NCBI GenBank assembly: GCA_002245135.1
Contig: NGBS01000018.1
Coordinates: 1 to 64,000, forward strand
Direction: 5' to 3'
DNA: 64,000 bases
From: Proteromonas lacertae
Taxonomy: Eukaryota
Shown here: positions 49,438-61,587 of the stretch, piece after piece
Layout of the letters: each line of letters opens with the position of its first letter
Position numbering within the stretch: the stretch's first letter is position 1
Program-made: the position numbers and the translations under genes
The notes under the pieces: model-generated
Seen by the model: only the letters and a program-made list of their open reading frames with translations
What the model was told of the DNA's origin: nothing
Database searches by the model: none

Positions 49438-52400
49438 TGAATAGATTGAAACTATTATTCATGAACCATTAGCTCCTCGTAATATCAAACAACAGATCTT
49501 CTCATCACTCAATATATTTATCCATCTCAGTAATATGATTACAGCTTATGCCGATTCTGGTAGTGAAAAACATAAAGAATTAGTATCAGCAACATTAGAA
49601 GCAATCTATGTATTATTAGAAGGAAATGATATAACAAAAATACAGTTTAAAGATGAAATAGGTTATTCACAATTATATGATATATTATTAGTAATCGAAC
49701 CAGAAATTACTTCAACAATAATTATGAATAAAATATTACAATTGATGTTAGAAACTACTGATGATAAATATACAAATTTAGTGATTAAATCACCAGCTGT
49801 ATTAATGGTTTATATTAAATTATTACCTCACTGTTCTGCTGAAAATCAATTATATTATTTGAATATATTGCACTTATTATTATCATCCGAAAAAAGCACA
49901 TTGAACTTATCATTAACTGGATCAAACCTCGAACCTCCACTGTTAGATTTATTATTAGATATATTAAACCAAATAGATGAAAGTGTAATGGAATTATTTA
50001 TTTTAGTAATTACAATAGTAGGAAGTCATGGATTAACTATTAGACAATTAAAAAGAATATTTTCTTTAATGAAAAACACTGGAAATGAAAGACCATATTG
50101 TGCTATGAAGTTCTTAACTGTATTGCAGAATATACTGAGAAATAATGTTAAAGGTGTGGTATATGGTTCAAGTAGATACTTTTTATTTGATGGAATAAAT
50201 AGTGGAATGATAATGAATAGTAATTATTTAGTAAATAACACTTTAACAATGAGAAAAGAATTGCCAGTATTTCCATATACTGGATATACTCTAAGTATAT
50301 GGTATAATTGTGTTTCTTTACAATGTCCTTGGTTACAAGATAGTTCAAACCGATGTTTGACTGGTTGTACTTATATTCCCTATTTATTCACAATTAGAGA
50401 TAAAGCTGGTAATGGTATAGAATGTTATATTAAAGATAGTGAAATAATGGTTGATATGTATGAAAGAAAGATGTGTGTATCAAATCAACCAACAGGAATT
50501 CGTGTAAATTGTAATGTATGGGAACAAATTGTGATAACACATAGTAATGGTGGTTTTATGAAACAACCAGGTATTAGTATTTATATCAACGGAACTATAA
50601 AATACAAAAGTCCAATGGCGTTGTGTAGTATTAACAGAACCATTTGTCGCCTTTGCTACAGGTGGTCCATTTGAAAGAGGTGTTTTACAAACAGATCATA
50701 CATCATTCAATGGAAAATTAGGACCAATCTATTTATTGAATAAAGTGATAAATGATGAACAAGTTAGTAGTTGGTATCATCTAGGTCCTGATTATATGTT
50801 TACCTTTCAATCATCTCAATTAGATCATCGACAGTTAAACTGTATTCCTCCTGCTTGTTTATTTGATGGATCTTTAACTAATTCTATTGTATTTACATTT
50901 AATGCATTTAATTATAAAGATGATTTATTGTTGAATAATGCACCAAATGAGAATTTCAATCAAATGTTTGGAAGTGGTAGAAACTATAAATTGTTAGAAG
51001 GAATCTATTGTCAATTACTAACTGGTAGTAGATGTTGTTATACTCGTACTGTATTAGATATATTAGATTCATTGAATGGAATTACTGTGTTTTTACCAAT
51101 ATTTGCTGAAGCTGATTTAAAGAATGGAAAAACTAAAGATTATACTCCTGAGTTGAACTTTATACCTACTTTAATTAATATATTCTATTATTGCTTATAT
51201 AATAATAAGAGTAACACTGATTCTTTAATTAGTAATAATGGTGTACAAGTGATTTCTTATTTATTAAATTCAATTTCTCCAGTTCATAAATCAACAGAAT
51301 TAATTACAACTTTTTATGATATTATTTCTAGTGATAATATCTCCACTGAGATTAGAGATCAAATATATTATTATATTATATTAAATATAAAGTTATGGAT
51401 ATTTAGTCCATTTTCAGTACATCAAAGAATATTTGATATTTTAACTGAATTATCTGAAAGTAATATTGAGAAGTTTGTAGAGATATGTAATATACCATAT
51501 TTACTTGATATTATGCAAAGATATTATTATTATGAATTAGATGTTCCAAATGAAGAACATTTAACTATATATCATGTATAATAATTATTAATATATATAT
51601 ATATTATTATTATAAATAGAAGAAAGAAAAGACTTTAGCTGATTATGAACAAGAACAAACTCAACAACAAGATAATAGTAATACTCATAAGAATGAAGAA
51701 AATGAAGTAGATAAAGAGGTTATTGATATTAAAGACTATATTACAATTGAGAATGAATATATTGATCCAAATACAAAGGAAGTAGTTGGTAGAAGAATTA
51801 CTGTATTAATTCTTATATATATATATTATGTTTATAGAAAGATGAAACAAAGATTATTAGAGGAGAAATCTGGAAATTAATGAAAATAATAGCTAATCAC
51901 GGTGAAGGATTAAAAGAAGATGATATTGTTATATTATATGCCAATTTAATAAGAAAATATGTTGAACATTCACATGATATTGATCACATAATTGAAATAA
52001 TTGATTTTATCATTTCCATATTAGAAACAGTATATTCTATTTAGATATTTGTAATATTATAGAACGAGCCAAATCAAATCAAGTCATGGTGTATATTTAC
52101 AACACAAGAATTTACATTAGATATCCAACAAAAGAATGGAGATATTGATACAGTAACAATGAAATTCTCAGGAACTCAAGCTTTACTCAAGCTTTTAGAA
52201 AGTGATAATCCAATTATCAGAGAGAAGATATTACATATTATATTAATGATCATAAACTGTGCAAGAATAAATGCACATGAAAGTGCTCCAAGAGGTAATA
52301 AAACTGGTTCAATGTGTGATTTTATTGGTATTCCATTCTCTTTATTCTCATCTTATTTACATGATATGACTGAAGTATTAATGAGAAATCCAATTACTAA

Positions 52401-55400
52401 GGAAATATATGAAGTAATCTTAAAGAACTTTTTAAATGGAAAAATCATAGATCATCAAACTAAAACTAATACTATTCAGTTTAATATGTTATTAGATGTT
52501 TTATTCAAAGTATGTGGTAAATCTCCATTAGATATATTGCTAAGATTTATGAGTGATTTAAAAGAATTAATAACAGTTGATTCAGAAGCTGCCAATAATA
52601 GAAAAGCAATATTTACAGTCTTTGGTTGGCAAAAACAGTTTTTAGATTTCTTCCATTTGTTATATGAAAGAAGAAGTGAATTTGAAGCAACAGGAAAGAT
52701 AACAATCAATCAAGTAGCTTTATTAATCTGTGAATTAATGAATTTCATTCATTTAGATTGTTTACATCGTGAAAACTTAACACCAGAAGTGAGATTAAAT
52801 GCATTTGAAGAATCAATGTTATTATTAAGTCATTTACCATTAGAAGAATGTTCATTATTATATATTAATACAATATGGGGATTAATGCAAAGATTATTCT
52901 TAGAAGAAATGAATAGAGAACAATCAAAACCATGTGAGAAACCATTACATATAATTACCTTTGAGAAATTGTATTTATTAATAGAAGAATATATTGAAGC
53001 TCCTCCACAATTAATTCCAAAATATGATGAGAATTCAAGATGGAAATTATCTGATCAATTGTACAAACTAATCACAAAATCCTCACCTTATATTCTACAA
53101 AGTTATGAAGCTAAGAATAGACCAGTTGTTGAAGATAAAATAATGTGTTTAGAATTGAGAGTTTGTTTAAGTTTAATGAAAGAAACAGGTACTTGGATAA
53201 CACCAGATCGATTAGATACAAAAGGAATTCCATTTGCATCAGAAGCCATAAAAAGATTCATGTCAACAACCACGCATTATTCAGCTACTTTACCTAAGAA
53301 TCAAGGATTAATGTATTTATTAATGACTGAAGTTAATAATATAATAACTCAAAGTAAGTTATCGCCCAATGATGCTTGGTTAAAAACAATGACTGAACTT
53401 CGAACAAAATTAACAGAAAGTCATAAAAACACATTACAAGATCTTATACAAGAAGCTAATAAAGCCATGCCAAAAGGATTCTTCAAGAAACCAAGTGAAG
53501 AAGATATAAAGAGATCAAGAGCAATCATTGAGAATGCTATGAAAATGTATATGATGACATCTACTAATATACAATACACTGAATGGTTCCACTGTATGCA
53601 AATAATATTACAAACTTTAAATATAAATGCTGAAAGTATTATTACCTTACAATTACCTGAGATTATTATATCCAGAAGATTGAATCAATATAAAGAATTA
53701 CAGTGTAATGATGTTTATAGTAGAATTGAGAATTATAATGTGAATGATTCAATTAATGCAATAATACAATATGAATGGAATAGAATAATTAGTAATATTC
53801 AAGGCCTGCATTCGAGCCAAACAACATAACTTGTACAATTGGGAGAAAATCCTTAGAACATTAACACACGAAAGAGGACCTTGGGGAAATGCAACAGAAA
53901 AGAAAATACCAAAATATTGGAAATTACAAAACAAATTAAATGAATTCAGTACAAGACATAAATTAAAGATCAATATACATGGTATAAATCACGAAATGTC
54001 AAGTGTATTTACTGATACTGAAGGTGATAATAGCGTAAAAAGAACAAGAGCACAGTCTCAAATAGAAATGGATAATCAGTTATTAAAAGATATAGTCGCA
54101 GCAGCTTCCAAAAGAGCAAAGAAGAATACAACTGGTGGTAATAATTTGACTAGAAATAGAACATCCAGTACGAATGAACCACAGTTATTACATCATTTAA
54201 TAACTCAATACGAAGTTGAATTAATCACTCCATTATTACCAGTAAAAGGTGTTTTACAAATAACTAAAGACAAATTGATATTCACAAGAGATTCAATATA
54301 TGATACTGAATTATACAGTGGAGTACCTATTGCTGGTAAGAAAGGAGTAAAGAAAGAATCATTATTAAAAGCACCACATAATATCCAAGTTCCATTCTCA
54401 ATGATTACTTCAATAGAGAATAGAAGATATCAATTAAGACAAGTTGCCTTTGAAATCTTTACAATTGGTCATAGAACACTCTTCTTTAATATGAAGAATA
54501 AATCATCAAGAGATGAAGTAACTAATATGATTGGAAATATCCATTTACCCAATATGGCACCATTTGTTGGTAATTTATCTACTCAAGAAGTGTTAGGTAG
54601 ATCAGGAATATGTCAGAAATGGTGTAGAAGAGAAATATCTAACTTTGAATATTTAATGGAATTGAATCGTTTGGCTGGTAGAACTTATAACGATTTAGCT
54701 CAATATCCAGTAATGCCTTGGATATTGAAAGATTATAAAAGTGAAACTTTAGATCTAAATGATCCAGAAATATACAGAGATTTCACAAAACCAATGGGAG
54801 CTCAATTACCAGAAAGAAGAGAAGAAATAGCAGAGAAATATCAATTAATGAAAGAAGAATATCAACGAATGAAATCAACTACATCACCTGAAGATGATAA
54901 TAATGATGATTTAGGTATTATGTGTCCTCCACCTCGTCATTATGCTGTACATTATAGTAATCCAGCTTCCGTGTTATGGTATTTCATTAGATTAGAACCA
55001 TTTACAACAGGTCATATTTACTTACAAGATGGTGTATTTGATAAGACAGATAGACAGTTCTTTAGTGTAGAAGAAGCTTATGTTAGTGCAACAACCAATG
55101 ATACTGATGTGAAAGAATTAACACCAGAATGGTTCTTATTACCAGAGTTTTTAGTGAATAACAACAATCTGAATTTAGGTACAAAACAGACTGGTGAATC
55201 AATAGGTAATGTGGTATTACCAAAATGGGCATCTTCTCCTGAAGATTTCATTATAAAACATAGAATGGCATTAGAAAGTGAATATGTATCAGAACATTTA
55301 CCTGATTGGATTGATCTAATATTCGGTTATAAACAAAGAGGTATTGCGGCAGAAGAAGCATTTAATTGTTATAATCATTTAACTTATGAAGGAAGTGTGA

Positions 55401-56945
55401 AATTAGATTCATTATATGAAAAGGATAAAGCTACGTTTGAAAGGGCTTGTAGTATGATTGACAATTTTGGTCAAACACCTTCACAATTGTTTACATTGCC
55501 ACATCCACATCGTGAGAGTAATACAACAAGAATTTATAACATCTTGCCAATGATATCTCAGAATAATTACTATTGTAACAGATGTTGTAAATGTATTGGA
55601 TTATATAATTTGAAGATTGAAAGAATACCAATGATAATGTATAAAGGTCAAGTTTCACAAGATGCAATACTGTTTATAGGTCATAATGAACAGAATAATA
55701 AAATAATAACAATAGATCCAAATAGATCAATTGGTTTACATTCATGGAAATTGAATCTAAAGACAAATACTATGGAGTTTTTACAAGATGTTTCAATGGT
55801 TCAACCTGCTACATCTACTAAGGTGGGTTATCCATATGCTATTAATATTCATATTAATGACATGTCTTTATTAACACAGCAATTATATGCTATTTCAAGT
55901 GATATATCTTTTTTTAATTCGTTTATATATATGTAAATTATAGTTTCTTTAATTTATATGTAAGGTTCAAAGTTATTCACCTGTGGCCATTGGGATTTAT
56001 CATTCAAAATCACTTCTACAGTGAATGGTTCATTATTATACAGTTATGCCACACATAAAGACATTGTTACTTGTATTGCTGTATCTGAAGATGATCAAAC
56101 TATTGTTACTGGTTCAATTGATAATAATGTTCATATATACTTAAATGCACCTGGTTTTGGATTAGTTTTAAGAAAAATATTGTATATTATATTTTATTAT
56201 TTATTATTTATAGAACTGGTCATGATGACGTAGTAAGATGTGTAGCTGTTAATACAATGTTAGATTGTTTAGTAAGTGGTAGTGCTGATGGTACTGCTAT
56301 TATATTCACAGTAATGAAAGGTGCTTATGTTTGTACAATTAACTTGGCAGAATCAAGCCTAGATGATTTGAGAGAGAATCAGAAGATTAAACCATCGTGG
56401 ATAGCAATCTCTCCAATTGGTTATATTATCATTTATAGTGAAGATGATTTTACATTGAGATTATTTAGGTATGATTATATTTTTAAGTTGTAAATAGTTT
56501 GAATGGAAAATTGATAAATAGAATTGAAATAAAAGAAAGACTTTATTGTTTAAGATTAAGTGAAGATGGTGAGTTTTTAATATCAGGCGGAGATAGTAAG
56601 AGAATTGTAGTTAGAGAAATAAGAACACTTAAAGAAATAACAAGTGAATATAATAATTGTAATGGTTTAAATAAATCTAGAATGATATTATTCAATCAAG
56701 TATTATATATATATATATATATTGATTATTATATTATATAGTTACCACCATTTGAATCAATAATACGTTATATCGGTTATACAAAACATGAATCACAATT
56801 AGTTATTGGTTTACAAAATGGACAGATTCTCATTATTGGTTCTTCTATTAGACAAATTCAATCAGCTCCTATTATGTCTGCAAGTCTACCAATCCCACCT
56901 AATGATGCTGTTGATGAAAGTCAAGAAAATCCTCAATTACCATAA
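46531..56945 (+). CDS. BEACH-domain protein (neurobeachin/LvsA-like): ConA-like, PH-BEACH, BEACH, WD40
   Basis: W.RREISNFEYLMELNRLAGRTYNDLAQYPVMPWIL, HYS, DVKELTPEWF, VVLPKWA, LESEYVSEHLPDWIDLIFGYKQRG, NFGQTPSQLF; many introns; starts MGNQAS. Confidence 0.95.
55904..55963 (+). other. U12-type AT-AA intron (60 nt) in the BEACH WD40 region
   Basis: GAT|ATATCTTTT...TTTCTTTAAT(55944-55953)...TGTAA|GGT TCA AAG restores SDGSKLFTCGHWD, the conserved DG..LF..GHWD spacing. Confidence 0.75.
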
Positions 56946-57139
56946 ATATTTTATTATTATTATTTTAAATTCACATATATTGTTCTTATTGTTGTTATGT
57001 ATGTTTTTTTTCAAAAATGAAAATAAAATCAATACTTAATAACTACTTAACAATATTTACACTTATATATATAAAACTAAAGTCAATAACAATGATACTT
57101 CTAACTAACTAATGTAGATACAAACGAATATAATATCCT

Positions 57140-57733
57140 CTAAACTAAAGGAGGTGGTTTTGGAAGAGTATTTGATTCATCTTTAGGAACAGTTGGAATT
57201 TGAGGTTCACTTTGTCTCTCTGCAGTACGAGGATGTTTTATTATTGGAGAAGATGACCGGCTTTTCTTACCTTCTTCATCTTCTTCGATATAATATAGAT
57301 CAATACATTCCAACAGTGATGCTAATGATCCAGCATAGGATCTTTTCTATTGAAAATAGTCAAAACAAAATATACTTCTTGTATGATAGGTCCACCATCG
57401 TCCATTGACTCTAAACTGCTAACTGAAGCAGAATCTAAATTAAATAAATAATAAATATACTAGCTGATGACATGGATATAGTTCTTTGATTCTTTTTTTC
57501 TTTAAGCTTTCTTTTTTCACAAGAATTACACACAAGTCTTCTCTTATACCTACAAAATAATTATATAAACAATACCTCTTCCTCAGACATTGTTTACCTT
57601 GTGGATGATCGCACGTACCATAACCAAGACACTGACAATGGTTACATGAGTCTGAAGAACACCATATACACATATTCCGAGGTGGACCAGGTTTGGAGTT
57701 ATGGACAACTTCATTTTTAGTAATTTGAAACAT
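57140..57733 (-). CDS. Small Cys/His-rich putative zinc-binding protein
   Basis: CIWC..CNHCQC..CDHPQGKQC..RY|KRRLVCNSCEKRK; three short GT-AG introns; ends PKPPPLV*. Confidence 0.55.
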
Positions 57734-58224
57734 TTATCGACTGAAACACAATTCGAAAAACAAGAGAAACGTAGTATCTTTTTCGAAATGATCAGATCTT
57801 GATCAAAACGAAATTTATTTTAATTTCATCAAGGAAAATAGTTAGTAACTATATGTTTAATTTTTATTATAAATTATATAAAAAAGTTAGAGGTAATGTA
57901 GTTTTTATAGATGCTATTAATGAATATGACGTATTTTAACAGATACACTTAAGTTGCATGAATTATGTTGTTATAATTCGATTACTGATAATTATCCATT
58001 GTTATTGAGAATGATATTCAATAAATGATAGTTAATCTAAATTAGTGTAATAGTTTATTTCTTTTAACATAATTGATTTGTAGTACAGTGTTGTATTGAC
58101 AGTCAATGTAAAGTGTTAATTTGATAGTATAAGTTATATTTTATTCATCAAATTTTGGATAATTCTTCAACTCAAGCAAATCTGATTAAAATAATGAAAT
58201 TAAACAAACATAAAAATTAAAAAT

Positions 58225-59305
58225 TTAAGGAAACATTGAATCAAAGTATTGATCCATTTTTTCTTCTTCAGTAACAACTTTATGTGATTCATTATTCCAA
58301 TGTTCATCAGCACTTGGGCCTATTTCATCCTCACTTTCACTGCTGCTGCTACTACTACTACTACTACTACTTTCACTCTCACTACTTGAGTCTTCACTTG
58401 ATGATTCAGAAGAAGAAGAAGATTCTTTATTTATACGTTTTCTTTTCATTGGTTTCTCGTTTCCTTTTTTTATTTCACAATTGTTATTATCAACTGGAGA
58501 CACTGGTGGTGGTGGTGGTTCAACAGTAGGTATTTTAGATTTCTTAATATTTGTTTTATTATCATCTATATTTTTATCATTTTTATTTTCACTTTCTTGT
58601 TTATTCTTTAGTTTTTCGTATTCTTTATTTATATATTTCAGATATTTATGTGAATGTTCTATTATTTGAAAATATAAATATATATATATTATACTATTTT
58701 CTTCATCCATTTCAACTTTATTCTTCTTATTCTTCTTCTTTTTCTGTTTCTTCTTTTCTAATTCATGTTCAACAGCTTTCATCTTCTTATAAAACAGTTT
58801 ATAAACGCATTCAGGACATACTCTTATTTTAACCAAAGCATTTTGTTTGACACCATGCTCTATATATCCAAAATTAACTTCATAACTCTTTAATTCTGCT
58901 ATTTCATCACATGCTAAATTTGCACAAATGAATTGACCTTTTCCTTTTATTACTTCTTTTTCTGTTCTCCATCTCATTCCTATTTTACCCTCTTTATACT
59001 TAGTCATATCACATAGTGCATATTCCTTAAACAATCTATCATAATATTTCTTACAAAGCCTTGATTCCCAAGAAGTATTTTTCTTATCTTCTTCATCATT
59101 TCTAACAAATTTAAAATTCTCTTTAATTACATCTATATCTTTCTTTATATTCTTATGTGAATCCTAACATAATCAAATTCTTAAAATACTTTGTATATCT
59201 TAATATACTCATCGATCAATTGTTTATGCTGTTCATATCTTATTTCTGCTTTTGTTTTCTTCTAAAATACATTACATAGCCGATAAAACATACTTTTTCA
59301 TTCAT
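58225..59305 (-). CDS. FRA10AC1: FRA10AC1 homologue
   Basis: YYDRLFKEYALCDMTKYKEGKIGMRWRTEKEVIKGKGQFICAN..LKSYEVNFGYIEHGVKQNALVKIRVCPEC; ends DQYFDSMFP. Confidence 0.93.
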
Positions 59306-59332
59306 CAAGCCAAGTTTTTAAAATATATTGAA

Positions 59333-60365
59333 ATGAAAGAAAACTCATTTATAACCCAAGAAAATGCTATGTTATTCACTGATAGATCTTTGTTGAAAGC
59401 ATCATCCAGGTATTTGGATTTTTATTATTGTAGAGTAACTATAATCACATTAATATATAACTACATATTATTAATGGTTGGATTTAGATTATTTTCAAAG
59501 ATTCCAGATTTTGTATATTGTTCATACAACAATAATAAAATGGGAGACTTAGTTTGCACAAAAGTATCACTAAATTCATTATATATATAGAATTCATATG
59601 TACAAAGATATTTACTTGAATTAATTGTTTTGTTTTGTTTATTTGCACTTCTATCAAGTATATATTTTCAATTAATTTATACCTAATAGGCTTAATCGCT
59701 TATAATGGAGACAGGTTGTATGTACCATCTTCAAATATATGGACAGCTAGTAAACTAATAAAATTGACGCTATTAAGATTATTACATTATATTCAAATCA
59801 TTTATCAAATCGTTTTATATTATCTTGTTACATCATTCAAGAATCAAATAAAACACTCAATCCTTATATCATTTTTTGTGTATATAAATGTATGAATTAT
59901 GACTTCCTTAACATATTATTTACTGTCAGGAAGAAATTAACAAAAGAACAGAATGTGAAATAGAATTCACCAACAATTACAATTTCTATATCATTTTATT
60001 TTTGATTGTTATTCTAACAATTCTCTTTCTAATGTCATTTATTATAAAAGATAAGTATATTTATTATGTGCTTATATTATTATAGTTCTGAGATTATTGA
60101 TTCTTTATCACCTGTTCATATAAATAAAAATCATTTATCAACAACTTACATTGATCAACATCATCTGTTTTTTACTATCTTTTATTTTGACCCAAATGTA
60201 TAATATTATATATAATGATAATATTGTATTGTGTATTAGGATATACGATTATTTTTAGAAACTAGAACAGCTTTCCATTATGCTATTAATTTGAAGAATA
60301 AGTATCTTAGACATGTATTGAGAGGAGTAATACTCTGTCATGTTTTTATGTTATTTATTCTCTAA
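59333..60365 (+). CDS. Hypothetical multi-TM membrane protein containing a U12-type intron
   Basis: Hydrophobic exons separated by short GT-AG introns and one AT-AC intron; the frame stays open from 59924 through two GT-AG introns to TAA 60363-60365. Confidence 0.6.
59866..59923 (+). other. U12-type AT-AC intron (58 nt)
   Basis: CTT|ATATCATTT...TTCCTTAAC(59904-59912, exact U12 branch consensus)...TTTAC|TGT CAG GAA. Confidence 0.88.
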
Positions 60366-60379
60366 TTAATATAATTTAT

Positions 60380-61538
60380 CAGGGTTGTATAAATAGGTAA
60401 CCTATAGGTTATAGGTAAAACCTATAATCTAGCTTTGACCGTTGGTCGGTCAAACCTCAAGCATTATTTTGTTAAAATCTATTTTAATTACATACTGAGT
60501 AACATTTGTTTAATACAAACTATCATACTATATAAAATATTATTCCTGCTTCTTGTTTTACTTTAATTACCATAGTTAGTATAAGATTGGTTGAAATTGT
60601 ATAAATATCTATACTAGAATATTAAAATTCATCTACAAACTACTCAATAGTGATATTTAACATATTTATAAACAACTTGTTATTTTGATGATTAATTTAT
60701 ATTGATTACTATCTCTAAAAAACAAATATTAATGTAATTATAATAATAAATCTCTATTTCTGGATATTAATGATTTGTCTTCAATAAGTCTCTTACTTTT
60801 TCAGTTTCTGAAAATAAATAAGCATTATAAAACTCTCTTAGAGGTATAATATATCCTAGTTTGAAGCAAAACCTTCTAAATTCTGGTGAGTCTAATATTG
60901 TGGTACTGACTGCATTGAAGGTTATTAATTTACATAGATCTTTGTTGACAGAATCTGAATTGACTTTGGCTTTTAGCATATGTAATAATCTGAATATTTT
61001 ATTTTAATCACGTTTTCCAAAACATTTTGAAGTAGTTAAAATGTTACTTCTCTAACATACAGCAATTGAATAAATGCACAACTCTATTGATGCGATAGGG
61101 GGTAATGTGATATCCCTATAGTTTCATATATTATAAAGTCTTATAAATATTGAGTAATTATACATCTAAATGATCTAAATCTTAAAAAATAAAGATTTAC
61201 TTAGTCAAATCATCAAGCTTGATGTTTTTTTCTTTTATTTTTTTATTCTATAATTAATTTAATATTATGTTAATAATATGTTATTGTGAGTCATCATTGA
61301 GAAATAGATCAAAATAATAGTAATATAAAAAGTGCATCGACCGACTGTCAAATTTGATATTTGAAAGATGATGTATAAAACATTAATTTTGTATATATGG
61401 TTAGATTATATGCTTCTTAACTCATGTTCAATAGGAGGTCAACTAATAGTTAGTACAAGGAAGGTAAAGGTCAAGCTAAAGATATAGGTTTTGACCTATA
61501 GGTAAACCTATATTTTTTGACCGAAAAATACAACACTG
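60380..61538. mobile_element. Non-autonomous hAT-superfamily DNA transposon (1159 bp)
   Basis: TIRs CAGGGTTGTAT / ATACAACACTG (10/11), 8 bp TSD TAATTTAT at 60372-60379 and 61539-61546, subterminal ATAGGT/ACCTAT and TTGACC/GGTCAA repeats at both ends. Confidence 0.92.
60767..60979 (-). pseudogene. hAT transposase remnant
   Basis: DLCKLITFNAVSTTILDSPEFRRFCFKLGYIIPLREFYNAYLFSETEKVRDLL resembles the segment preceding the hAT catalytic domain; lies inside the TIR/TSD-bounded element. Confidence 0.65.
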
Positions 61539-61587
61539 TAATTTATAGAAGTAGAAATAAACAATAAACAATTGTATATAATATTAT

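Noticed and set aside
500..53830. Programmed frameshifting or widespread pseudogenisation (H2B ~10650, RLP24 ~25125, LC8 ~43180, BEACH ~50632 and ~53815, NTPase ~39018)
   Set aside because: Single-base indels, several in homopolymer runs, hit essential conserved genes; long-read consensus error is the simpler explanation.
58088..58096. GTGTTGTAT as the 5' end of U6atac snRNA
   Set aside because: Not followed by the AAGGAGA box; better explained as a TIR-like sequence or chance.
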